In this document: in pieces, positions 33,692-45,504 of the stretch | How the letters are laid out: each line of letters begins with the position of its first letter | Numbering within the stretch: the stretch's first letter is position 1 | Assembly (NCBI RefSeq): GCF_963506605.1 | Contig: NC_083288.1 | Location: 28,582,001-28,646,000 of the forward strand | Direction of reading: 5' to 3' | DNA from: Zootoca vivipara | Lineage: Eukaryota | DNA: 64,000 bases | Translations under genes and position numbers: made by a program | Notes under the pieces: generated by a model | The model's input: the letters and a program-made list of their open reading frames with translations, nothing else | Databases searched by the model: none | What the model was told of the DNA's origin: nothing

Positions 33692-34744
33692 TTAATGGTT
33701 TTCATGGAAACTTCCCGTTTCCCTTCTTATTTTTTTCCTATCTGTTTGCTTACACATTCTGCAGAATCCTCTTTTATGATCAATTACCTGAGTTCTGACC
33801 CATGCCACAACTGCAGACCTCTGAAGAGACGCCCTTACATCCTTGTTTCTTAGACTGTATATGAGAGGGTTGACCAGAGGTGTTATGATTGTGTAAAAGA
33901 CAGAAAAGGCTTTGTTCACATCTCCCATGGTGGCAGAGTCTGGTAAAGCATACGCAGCTGCTATTGTGCCATAGAAAATGGTAACCACAATGAGGTGTGA
34001 GGAGCATGTGGAGAAGGCTTTTTGCCTCCCAGTAATGGATGGGATCTTAAGAATGGCAGTAATGATATAGACGTATGACATTAAGGTTAGTGTAAATGGA
34101 GGAAGGGTAAATATCGATACAAAAATTAAAATCAGTATTCTTAAAAGAACTGTGTTGCTGCAAGACAACTTCATAACTGGGAAAGTGTCACAAAAGAAAT
34201 GGTCAATCTCATTAGGACCACAGAAGACTAACCGTGACATCAATATGATTGTTGTAGTACTAGCGAGAAAGCCAGTCACCCAAGATCCAGCTGCCATTTG
34301 GAGGCATAACTTGCCATCCATTAGGGATGCATAATGGAGAGGTTTGCATATGGCTAAATAGCGATCATAGGACATAGCAGAAAGGAGATAACACTCCACA
34401 GCTGCCAAATATGCAAAAATATAATGTTGCACAAAACAACCATTGACTGAAATAGTCCTGTCTCCAGTCAGGAAGCTAGCCAGCATTCTAGGCAATATAG
34501 CTGAAGTGTACAGGGACTCCAAGCAAGATAAGTTTCCCAAGAAGAAATACATGGGAGTGTGAAGGTGTCGATCAGTCACAACCAGCACAACTATGAGGAC
34601 ATTCCCAGCCATGGTCATGATGTAGATCAGGAAAAAAACCAGTAGCAGAATAATCTTCATGTTTTGAAGATGCCTGAATCCCAACAGAATGAATTCCTTG
34701 ATGGCTGTTTGATTTTTCAGTTCTGGGGTTTCATCAGCTTGCAT
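33692..34744 (-). CDS. Olfactory receptor, 350 aa with a long C-terminal tail
   Basis: Start MQADETPELKNQT directly after acceptor GGTACAG|ATG; full OR motifs. Confidence 0.93.
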   Translation of the reverse strand: MQADETPELKNQTAIKEFILLGFRHLQNMKIILLLVFFLIYIMTMAGNVLIVVLVVTDRHLHTPMYFFLGNLSCLESLYTSAILPRMLASFLTGDRTISVNGCFVQHYIFAYLAAVECYLLSAMSYDRYLAICKPLHYASLMDGKLCLQMAAGSWVTGFLASTTTIILMSRLVFCGPNEIDHFFCDTFPVMKLSCSNTVLLRILILIFVSIFTLPPFTLTLMSYVYIITAILKIPSITGRQKAFSTCSSHLIVVTIFYGTIAAAYALPDSATMGDVNKAFSVFYTIITPLVNPLIYSLRNKDVRASLQRSAVVAWVRTQVIDHKRGFCRMCKQTDRKKIRRETGSFHENH

Positions 34745-35028
34745 CTGTACCAAATAAATAATATTGTGGATCACTTTAATCACTACTGACATTGCACACA
34801 CTTCCATTGTAGAAGTCAGTCCAAAAAGTAAAAAATTCTATTTAACACACATACTTTGATTTTACTTACTGTCATGTTTTTCTTCCATGTGGAAAGCCAG
34901 TTGCTTTCAAATTCATAGATCCAGTGCAATAATTGACTTTCTTGTAAAAAAAAAACACACAGAGAGACACAAACTATATGTCTGGAAAGGACAGATATAA
35001 AACTACAACTGACTTGAAAGCAATTGTT

Positions 35029-35621
35029 TGTTGTAGAGAACAGCTCACTCCCTATTTTTAAACATATTCCTTTGCATAACTCTTGCCTGTTTTAAAACAG
35101 TATTCAGCAACATCAACAGTCCCTTGGAACCACAAGGGGAAAATATGAAATCCCCAAAGGAAATTTACTGTGGATGGGAGAATCTGCCTCTTCTAATGAA
35201 TGTAACAAAGAAAACATTGGATCAGAGGGACCCATTGTGGGGTGGCAAGTGAGTCCCTCGCTCTTCAGGTAAAGACAGCTTAGAGTAGAGAGAATTAGGA
35301 GCAAGGTGAGTTAGAAACTTAGAATTTAGGATGGGAGTTTGCTGTGATGTGACTGAGAAGGAAAGCTGCAGGTTGAAAGGCAGCATGATGTCTGCTTGAA
35401 TCCAGGGCTACAGCTATGAGAGGAACAGGACCCACTTGGAGTGTCAATGCTGTTAATCCCTCCATCCTAGGCTCAGGATGCATATATGTATAAATGAACC
35501 ATAAATGACACCACAGTCTCTTCTATGCCTCATTTTCCAAAAGAAAACACAAACAATGGGCAAGCCACTTGAAACCCCCCTGGAGTCTTGCATCACTCAG
35601 AGATTGGGGTGGGGTGCAACA
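35029..35621. mobile_element. Possible degenerate solo LTR
   Basis: TGTTG...CAACA termini about 590 bp apart; no TSD found, boundaries uncertain. Confidence 0.3.
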
Positions 35622-35749
35622 GCATGATTACTTAAAAAGATAAGGAGAGCCAAGATCGATGAGACCAAAGTCCAGCATTCAAATTACCAGATTAATATGG
35701 GAAGCCTACAACAAGGCATAAGTGCAGTAGCATCCTTCTGCTCCTAAAC

Positions 35750-36065
35750 CAGGGGTCAGCAAACTTTTTCAGCAGGGGGCCGGTCCACGTCTCTCAGACC
35801 GTGTGGGGGGCCGGACTATATTTTGGGGAAAAAAATGAATTCCTATGCCCCACAAATAACCCAGAGATGCATTTTAAATAAAAGGACACATTCTACTCAT
35901 GTAAAAACACCAGGCGGGCCCCACAAATAGCCCAGAGATCCATTTTAAATAAAAGGACACATTCTACTCATGTAAAAACATGTTGATTCCCGGGCCGTCT
36001 GCGGGCCAGATTTAGAAGACGGTTGGGCTGCATCTGGCCCCCGGGCCTTAGTTTGGGGACCCCTG
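35750..36065. mobile_element. hAT MITE with an internal ~70-bp tandem repeat
   Basis: TIR CAGGGGTC.GCAAACT / AGTTTGGGGACCCCTG; exact 8-bp TSD TCCTAAAC. Confidence 0.9.
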
Positions 36066-36359
36066 TCCTAAACCCATGCAACTGATATTCAGAGGCAAGC
36101 TAGCATATAGCTATCAAATCTAGTATTTATTGATTGAATTTATATACCACTCTAAACCCGGGGGTATATGAACAAATATTCCATGCTTTTTTTGGGGGGG
36201 GGGGGTCCCAATCCCATTTTTTGTCTAATCCCTCTTTCAATGCTTTGCTATGTTTTTTATGTATTGGAAGTTACCCAGTATGGCTGGGACTACCCAGCCA
36301 GATTGACATTGCATATTTCAAATGAGGGAATCCCAACATATCTCACTTTGGCCCATCCA

Positions 36360-36550
36360 GGCATAGCTGCCAAGTACCCCGTTTTCCCCGGGAACCCCCC
36401 GTATTTCTTTACCATTTCCCGCAGGCGTTCTGAATGGCAAAATACCTACCCCGTATTCCCCCAGATTATGGAGCTCCTGCCGGTGGCCATGTCTACGCAT
36501 GTCCGGAAGTGCGTAGAAGCGACTTCCGGTGCCGCAGCACTGCTGATCCC
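36360..36550. mobile_element. Probable partial MITE (CpG-rich, CATAGCTGCCAAG terminus)
   Basis: GC-rich island with internal CCGGAAGT...ACTTCCGG inverted motif; second terminus not found. Confidence 0.35.
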
Positions 36551-37601
36551 AGATTGGAACTTGGCACCTATGCACCCAGGATATGCAGACTTATGAGTGG
36601 ATGCTCATGTTTTTGCCCCAATGATTCATGACTGCGTGGACCCCTGCCTAAAGTAAGATATTGTGGTCAAGGAGCCATACACGCTTGCTGGGCGTACCTG
36701 GAAAGGAAGAGTCACAGAGAACTTGTACGTGCCTGCTGACTTGGCTGGATGTAACCCTTGTAAGCTTTGTAATGCCAGCAGCCCATGGACTTGATGCTTT
36801 CAGGATCCAAACCCCAAAGCTGCCACCACTGAGAATTAAATGTTAACTTGCAGGCATTCCAACACAAAGAGGCGGAAGGACTCGGAAGATGCACTCAGAT
36901 TTGGCTGACTGTTTGCCTACCAGGCTTAATGCATTAATTTTGCAACAGTCACTATGTTAATTACTGGTCAATATTAAATGATATGTAAATTCATCAAGAA
37001 TGCTTCATCACTACATTATTAGTTGGTAGATTCATGCTGCTGGTTGCTTTGGCCCCCTTTTATACTAGCGGACCAGAGTGAAATTTCCCTTGGCACAGTC
37101 CGCTCCTGTTGCCCCAGACCCCGGCCCCTGTAGATTGACCGAATTCGAATCTGGGTTTGGTGGGAACACAGAGGCCACCGTGATGGCTGTTGGGGACATG
37201 GCAATGGGCAGGAAGAAAGAGCCATGGCTGTGGGGTGATGAGAGAGCCCTGCACTAGTTCACAAACATTGCCCAACGCTGGATCAGTTAGCGGCCATTAT
37301 AGTTAAACTGTGTGCTGTATGAAGTAGTGTCCTGAATCTCTCACCCTTCAACTTCATTGGGTGACCCCTGTTCCAACATTATGAGGGTGTTTGTGTGAAT
37401 CTTATTTCTTTCCACTTTCTCCCTGGTGGGTAGAACAGCATTCATGTGAAAGATTGGGATAATGTTTCCCATGTGTCAAGATAAACTGGTTTTGAAATTG
37501 AGCAGTGCTTTATTTATTTATTTATTTATTTTGTGATACAGTCTGATAAAATCCAATTTCCTATTTGGTACATGAAAGCATATGGATTCATCTTGTGTGA
37601 G

Positions 37602-38558
37602 CTATGTATCTACAAACAACTGATGGACCTGTCTCTTAAGTGCCTTCTTTACTTCTTTGTTTCTCAGGCTGTAGACAAGTGGATTTATCATGGGAGTCAG
37701 GACAGCATAGAAGACAGAGAATACTTTGTTAAGGTCTCTCAGTGTGACAGTGTTTGGTAACACATAGACAATGGCTATTGTGGAATAGAAAATTGTGACC
37801 ACAATAAGATGAGATGAGCAAGTAGAAAAGGCCTTTTGTCTGCCACTGGTGGACTTGATTTTCAATATGGCAGTGATAATGGAAGCATACGATGCCAATG
37901 TCAGCAAAAATGGAGGAAGGGTGAATACAGAAGCAACAAGGAAAATCAAAATCCTCAAAAGACTAGTGTCGCTGCAAGACAATTCTATGAGTGGAAAGAC
38001 ATCACAAAAGAAATGATTTATTTCATTGGGGCCACAGAAAGCTAACCTGGACACTAATATTATTGTTATGGAAATAGCCAGAAATCCACTGATGAAAGAG
38101 AGACCAACTAACTGCACACAGAACTTACCATTCATATGGGTTGCATAATGCAATGGTCGGCATATAGCTAAATAGCGATCATAGGACATCACAGATAAGA
38201 GATAGCACTCAGCTGCCCCAAATGATGCAAAGAAATAGTGCTGAACAAAGCAGAGATGGAACCGAATAGATCTGTCACCAGTTAAAAGGCTGGCCAGAGT
38301 CTTGGGCAGAATAGTAGAACTATAGCAGGTCTCCAGGCCAGAAAAATTCCCTAGGAAGAAGTACATGGGGGTATGAAGATGTTTATCAGCTATAACAAGC
38401 AGGACAATGAGAATGTTCCCAATCAAGGTAATCATGTAGAAAAGCAGAAAAAGCAAGAAGAGAAGAATTTGCAACTCTCTGAGATTACTAAATCCTATAA
38501 GGACAAACTCGGTTACATTAGGTTGACTTTCCTTATCGGTGTTGCTTAAAAGTTGCAT
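37602..38558 (-). CDS. Olfactory receptor, ~318 aa
   Basis: Likely start MQLLSNTDKESQPNVT after AAAG|ATG (an alternative ATG lies 15 nt upstream); full OR motifs. Confidence 0.93.
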   Translation of the reverse strand: MQLLSNTDKESQPNVTEFVLIGFSNLRELQILLFLLFLLFYMITLIGNILIVLLVIADKHLHTPMYFFLGNFSGLETCYSSTILPKTLASLLTGDRSIRFHLCFVQHYFFASFGAAECYLLSVMSYDRYLAICRPLHYATHMNGKFCVQLVGLSFISGFLAISITIILVSRLAFCGPNEINHFFCDVFPLIELSCSDTSLLRILIFLVASVFTLPPFLLTLASYASIITAILKIKSTSGRQKAFSTCSSHLIVVTIFYSTIAIVYVLPNTVTLRDLNKVFSVFYAVLTPMINPLVYSLRNKEVKKALKRQVHQLFVDT

Positions 38559-38975
38559 CTTTGGGTAAAACATATTCAAATAAGAGAGGAACACAATATT
38601 GCAAATATTATGGGTTGGCCTTCAAATTCACCATTCAGAAGAGCAATCAAAGCAATGAGTCTAAAGCACAGTTAAATGCTTAAAACTGAATGATGTGAAT
38701 GGTACAGATGCACAACATCATTCATTCTCTGCAGTGTGCTACAGCTTGGCTGAAAGTTGTTGTTGCTGCTGCTGTGATATTCCACCCTTCCTTCTAAAGG
38801 CACCTAGGGCAACAAACACATAAGTGGTAAAATAAAATTAAAAAATAAATATACATCTTAAAAACACATTTAAAACAATTCCATTACAGATGCAGAATGG
38901 GAAAGACACGAGGCATTATGGAGAAACAGACTCAGACTCAGAAAAGAGCCACTACTCTTTCTTGAGAGAGGAGGC

Positions 38976-39112
38976 NNNNNNNNNNNNNNNNNNNNNNNNN
39001 NNNNNNNNNNNNNNNNNNNNNNNNNNNNNNNNNNNNNNNNNNNNNNNNNNNNNNNNNNNNNNNNNNNNNNNNNNNNNNNNNNNNNNNNNNNNNNNNNNNN
39101 NNNNNNNNNNNN
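38976..39112. other. Assembly gap
   Basis: Run of N. Confidence 1.
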
Positions 39113-40070
39113 ATCACCTGAAGAAATAACAAAAAAAATATCATCCCTGCAAATGGAGCTACATAAATAGGTGCTTCAATGCAGGTCTCACCAGTCTCTC
39201 CTGCTTTCTCCTACTCTGGATCTTAAGAGCAGGACTCATAAGCATCATCATACATTAGTTTAAAGTCCCCTTGATTTCCATGGGAACTTTAAAAAAGTAA
39301 GAATGTGCTTAATTCACCCACTAGAGAAAGAACCAGTTGACTTTAAAGGTGTCTAATTTTTGCACCTTTCTTTTAACTTCCAACAATGTTAAATATCTTT
39401 AGATATGTCTCATTTCTCCTGCTGCTTTCATCACAAGGGGCCATTTTAAAATCAGTGCTGACCCAGTCCTGCATTTTCATTCATTTCAACATTTATTAAA
39501 TAGAAATATGATTACTACTGAAATTAATTTATAAAGGTTCAGAACATTGTCTCAGTTTCCATCTTTTCCTTCATTATTCACCCTACCTTATACTTTGCCC
39601 ATAATCCAGGATTTTACAGTTGGATAAGTTATTAAGTCTGTGGTTTGTTGATAAGACATCCAATTAGATTCCTCACAGCATTGCAGCACACCACTTTAAA
39701 GCACTTAACAGAGTTCGTTACTAAAAAATGAATGAATTTTGGAATGATTTCAATTCTTTTAAATATCAACTGCCTCGTGGCCTGTTAATTTACAGACTAT
39801 AATTTCAGTAAGGATAAGTTTAAGCTGCAGGCATTATAATAAATTGTACCAGAGTCTCCAAGGAAGAAGGGAAATTAGGAGAAAAACCACTGGGGTATCC
39901 TGTTAGACTTAAGTAAACCTCTAATCCCACAGGAAATATTAATGAAGAAGCAGAGGCTGGTCAAAACATAATAATAATAAACAATGCCATGATTTTGGAT
40001 TTGTTTGTTTTTTCTAGGATGGGTGACTAACAGTACCACTCACAGGGATATTCAGGGAGATAAAAAATAT

Positions 40071-40650
40071 TAGCCACTCAGGTCACCTCTAGGGGCAGGG
40101 TTGAAGTGCCTTAAATAGGGGGGCACACCCTGAGCCTCTCCCTTCTTGGACCTTGCCACAGGATTCACCACCCACTCTCCCATTTGCATGTAGTCCTTTC
40201 TGAAGGTGAGTGGGCAGGATGGTGTGGACCTTGCTATGGTCACCATATTCAAGGCCTGGGAGGATTCTTCCTGCAGACAAGTTGGCTGGTCTGTAGATTT
40301 TCACCTACCTCATAGCAAATGTCACAACTTTGGTGGTTAAGGCATTGGGTTGTATCCTTAGCTGATCAGGTTAAGGTGCCAGGGAGGGTCTGTCTCTGCC
40401 TGGGAGCCCACATAGGGACCAACAGGCCATAGCAACCTTCCCAGAGGTGACCCTGGCAGGTGATCCCCCCCTCCTTTAAGGGTCTACCTACACCTCCTTA
40501 TCAACCAGCTGTCGGGCTGCTTGATACCAGATACATACCCAATGACTTTGGCCAAAGCCTATTCCATCTGCAATCGATAAAATTTGTGGCCAATTTTCAC
40601 CCAACATCAATGTCCTATGTCTTATTTCATACCCAGACCCTGAACCAGGT
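40071..40650 (+). mobile_element. Degenerate LTR-like/DIRS-type repeat related to 18842-19654
   Basis: GC-richer island with TTAAATAGGG and ATAAAATTTGTGGCCAATTT, similar to the AATAAAGTTGTGGCCAAAAT of the 18.9-kb element. Confidence 0.4.
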
Positions 40651-43393
40651 AGCAGGCATCATGTGCCTGGGTATGCAAACGACACCTGCTTTCTGCTAAT
40701 AATCTTGTGTGGTAACTGGAGTCCAGGGATTGAAAACTGTGGCCTTCCAGATTTTGTTGGGTTCCAACTTTTGTCAGATCTAATAAGCATAGGTCAGGGG
40801 TTATTGGAGCTGTCATGCAGACACACCTGGAGGGCCATAGATTTTCCTTCCGTGCTGTAAGCATCCAACACCGACACCCACACAAGAACCAGAGTGTTTG
40901 TTTGACTACCAGTCAGCTACAGAAAAACTTGTTTGGTTAAATAAAATCACCTGGAAATAGCTATAGAATTTACCAGTATTCTCATGACCTATTTATTGGA
41001 TTTTTTTTGGGGGGGGGAGGGTCATGTAAATATCACATTTGTCATACTCTCAGCCAGATCACATAATTTTCTTCTTCATGTCTAAATAATTCAATGATAA
41101 GAAAGAAAAGGGGGGAAACAACCTGCCATTTTAAGATGAGAGTTAAGACTATGGCAGGTTGACTCAAGTGCCACAGAATTGTGAAATCAGAAGCTAGGGT
41201 GGATCCCTCAAAGGATGTGTCCCATGACCATGCAATGTCACAAATATTGCTTGCTTACAACCAGCAAAAATCGTGGTTGCTGTCTTGGTCCTGCATTACC
41301 TAAGCTTTACTGGATTGCTAGAAGACTCCTCATGTGAGTTGAGGCATTGCTTTTTGCTGACCTTTTTATTCCCTTACCCCTTCAATGAAAGCTATCAGGG
41401 TGAGTTACATGATACTCCTCATCAGTGCTCCCCCCCCCCAAAAAAAATGTTTAGGACTTTTTTTCATTTTATAGTTCAAATCAGGAGGAAAATACCAGTA
41501 AATGCAGTAAATGGACAAAAGTACAAAGATTCACAAAATGTTTAGGGGTATGCATCCCCTTGTTTTCCCCCAGACACATCTCTTTCTTTCATTCGTATGC
41601 CCCCCACTCACCCCAAGCATACATAGTAATACAGTTTTCCTCATTATCTTAGGTGCACTTGTTCTTCTCCCTCCCTTGAGTGTCTTCTATTTTTTTCTTG
41701 CCTTTCTTGATTCTTGGTTGTTAGGAATTTCTACTCTACTCATTAATTTCCCTTATGGCTTTAGTGTTTTCTTCTTCTTTTAAATTTCTTACTGAGATTT
41801 TTTCAGGTTGATTAATTGGTTTGCATATGAACAGTATATATAACCTATAGATTAATTGTATTGTGCAAGGAAACGGATGTCACAAAAGATTCATCCACAT
41901 TTTCAGTATAGGACAAGATTGTCAAGGTGTCAGAGACACCTAGACAGCTTTGAAGTGTTGGGTATAATGATGTTTTATTATACTAATATAATGGCTTCTA
42001 CCTAACATACAACTGATGAAGATCAACATAAATTATGTTATGTGTCCAAGTATTCCCATGCTCCAGGATTCCTGAACACTCTTTTCCTGTGACCTGAATT
42101 ACAACCTGGGTGAAGTATTTTTTATATTTATTTTTCAATTGCAATTTAGATTTCAGCTGTTTAAATTAACTAGTTTTATTTGACAGAACATCAGGATGAA
42201 AACAGGTAGTATCTCCGACTATTCCAACACACAAACATAGGAACCAGGAACTCAATGCTAAAGGCAGGAGAGGTGTGAAAATGGAGTGGCATCAATAGCA
42301 GCAAGACTGGCCAGCAGATCATGCTCAGGCATAATCTTGACTCCAGTTACAGAAATGTCATGCAATAATCATAGTGACTGAATACAGTTTTCATATTTCT
42401 CTTTTTCACATTTTATTTATCATCTTTCCAGCTCTCTCTCTCGCTCTCGCTCTCGGTCACACACACACACACACGTGTGTGTGTGCCTGCAATCACAGAG
42501 ACACACAAGCCCTTGTAGCTGTTCATTCATTAAAAGGATGCACAGAGAAAACGTAATCAGAAATGCTCACTTTCAAGACGCAGAAACATATTGAAAACCT
42601 CTGACATTGGGTTCTAGCATTTTCAACTGTTTTTTTTTTTTTGCAGTTTGACAGACAATATTTAGGCTATTTTATCGGACAATTCTTAAGTCTGATAGTG
42701 GGTGGAACTTCACCCTCTCCTTTGTTTCATACTGCATGCAAAAAATTATATTTGTTGCCAATTGCTGCCAGAGAATGAGAGCAATTCTGCATGATAATAG
42801 AAATTAAGATGCCTCTACATGTGCATATGCATTTGTGTGTCTAGATACTGGTGAGTTCTTGCATGCTGCTGTAATGTTTAAAACAGAACTTGCACAGATT
42901 AGCTATGTAAGCTCCTTTATTGAAATTATCCATACAAACATACTATTTACTTCAGTTGCTGCCAGCATAGAAATTGAAGCAGCTGATGCATAGCATTCAC
43001 ATAAGTTTTGCCTCACCACGAACTTGAAAGCAGCCCTTTAACTGTTCTGCTGACTAATGTATGTGAGCTAATGTATGTGAGAAATATCCCTGAGAAACCA
43101 ATGAGTTACATAATTTATTGGTGAAACTAACACTGAAAGCATAAAACATTGTGAATTTTCAACAAATTCCATCTTCAAATGTGAGCATCAATTTATTCGG
43201 ATTGTTGTCTTTGGGCTTTGGGCTTTAACTGCACATAATGTTAAATGACTGAATGCAATTGAAATGCAGTGTTTCTTTTGTAAAATAAATGAAATGAAAT
43301 CCCAAAACAAGAGACAAAGAAGGACTTTGCACCAAAATAGACATTTAGTGTAATGCATAATAGCATATTTTTAGCATGATATAATATGGTGTA

Positions 43394-43747
43394 GGGGACC
43401 CAGGTGGTGGTGTGGTTAAACTACTGAGCCTAGGGCTTGCTGATCAGAAGGTCGGCGGTTCGAATCCCTGTGACGGGGTGAGCTCCCGTTGCTTGGTCCC
43501 AGCTCCTGCCAACCTAGCAGTTCGAAAGCACGTCAAAATGCAAGTAGATAAATAGGAACCGCTACAGCGGGAAGGTAAACGGCGTTTCCATGTGCTGCTC
43601 TGGTTTGCCAGAAGCGGCTTTGTCATGCTGGCCACATGACCTGGAAGCTATACGCCGGCTCCCTCGGCCAATAATGCGAGATGAGCGTGCAACCCCAGAG
43701 TCGGTCACGACTGGACCTAATGGTCAGGGGTCCCTTTACCTTTACCT
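43394..43747 (+). mobile_element. Sauria SINE, full length
   Basis: TSD TAATATGGTGTA (43382-43393 / 43748-43759); (ACCTTT)n tail; empty site at ~48174. Confidence 0.95.
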
Positions 43748-44571
43748 TAATATGGTGTACATGTACAATGTATGTATATATTGCATAAGGCATAATTTTA
43801 TTAATTACACAAAATGTAAGCATTTAGTACAATTTAGACCAAGTAATTAAGTATAATGTGATGTTTTGACGCAACACATAATATGAGTGGCGTTTTATTG
43901 TTTATGTTTATTTGTTTAGTACACTGTTTGCTTAATTGTTCCATATAATTTTTTTCAAAACCATTGGTTTTTCATGTAAATTATCAACATGTTTTATCTT
44001 AAATAAATAAATATTGCAGAAAATAATAGTATGCAACTATTATTGCTCTACATAAAACCTAAAATGTATGTTTATTAGTTCACAATTTAACATACTGAGA
44101 ATTAAATGAGTCAAATTCCTATGTTTTTATCACTCGTAGTGAGGCAAAATTTCAATCTGTAGGAGCAGGTCTAAATATTAACCGATTTGTTCCAAATTTG
44201 AAATTTGACTATGTTTATACCATACGCCTGAGATAAGATCAAGGGAGGAAACATTTTCGAAAAAGAAAAAAAAATTATGACCCACCCTACTCAATAGGTG
44301 CTGAGTAGAAACAGGAAGCCTTTTCTCTTCTAAGGTGATCCCACCTGCAAAGTTTCTATGCATTGACAGGAATACAATCTTAGCAAATAATTACATGCCG
44401 TGCTCATTTGAATGTCAACTTCACAATATAGAAAAACGGTTTATTTAACCTATATAGAATGTGGTGCGCTCACCCTACCATCCCTGCCCATGTGATGAGA
44501 AACTCCTGCATCAGTTCTACAAGTGCAAAGCTTTATTAACACTGCCTGCTGTTATTTAGATACACCTCAAC

Positions 44572-45504
44572 ATGAAACAAGAAGAAGGAAATCAGACAGC
44601 TCCTGTGGGATTTATTCTCCTGGACTTCAATAGTGATGATGTACAGATACTACTTTTCATACTGTTTCTACCAATCTACCTTGCAACCATGGCTGGAAAC
44701 ATCCTCATTATTATTCTAGTGATTCTTGATCATCATCTTCACACACCCATGTATTCATTCCTGGGAAACTTGTCATGCCTGGAGACTTGTTATAGCTCAA
44801 CCATCATGCCAAGGATGCTGGTCAGTTTTCTGACTGGGGACAGAACCATTTCTATTAATGGATGCTTTGTACAGCTATATTTCTTTGGGTTTCTTGTTGC
44901 TACAGAATGCTACTTCCTAGCAGTGATGTCTTATGATCGCTATTTAGCAATATGTAAGCCATTGCATTATGCAATACTCATGAATGGAAGAATTTGCTTT
45001 CTGCTAATTGCTGGATCATGGATCAGTGGGTCACTACCTATCAATGTCATGATATTCTTGGTATCTCACCTGAGTTTCTGTGGACCTAACAAAATAAACC
45101 ATTTCTTCTGTGATTTCACCCCAATGATAAGACTTTCCTGCAATGACACCAAAGTGGCTGAAATGACAGCCTTCATTTTCTCCTCCATAGGCACTCTGCC
45201 CCCTCTTTTAGTAACCGTGGCATCTTATGTTTGTATTATCAAAAGCATTTTAAGGATCCCATCCACCACTGGGAAACAAAAAACATTTTCTACATGTTCC
45301 TCTCACTTGACCGTGGTTGCTTGCTTCTATGGCTCCCTGATGATAGTCTATGTATTACCAAACATGAGTTATCTGAGTGAGTTGAAGAAAGTATTCTCTC
45401 TATTCTATACTCTGCTCACCCCTCTAGTCAACCCCCTTGTGTACAGTCTGAGGAACAAAGAAGTAAAAGATGCTTTATTTAAGATGATTCATAGAATTCA
45501 TTAA
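44572..45504 (+). CDS. Olfactory receptor, A-type, 310 aa
   Basis: Intact ORF with OR motifs; acceptor TATTTAG 12 nt upstream of the ATG; motif variants PMYSFL and QKTFSTC. Confidence 0.93.
   Translation: MKQEEGNQTAPVGFILLDFNSDDVQILLFILFLPIYLATMAGNILIIILVILDHHLHTPMYSFLGNLSCLETCYSSTIMPRMLVSFLTGDRTISINGCFVQLYFFGFLVATECYFLAVMSYDRYLAICKPLHYAILMNGRICFLLIAGSWISGSLPINVMIFLVSHLSFCGPNKINHFFCDFTPMIRLSCNDTKVAEMTAFIFSSIGTLPPLLVTVASYVCIIKSILRIPSTTGKQKTFSTCSSHLTVVACFYGSLMIVYVLPNMSYLSELKKVFSLFYTLLTPLVNPLVYSLRNKEVKDALFKMIHRIH

Noticed and set aside
35845-35985. Direct repeats resembling an array
   Set aside because: A two-copy internal repeat of a hAT MITE, not a CRISPR-like or satellite array.
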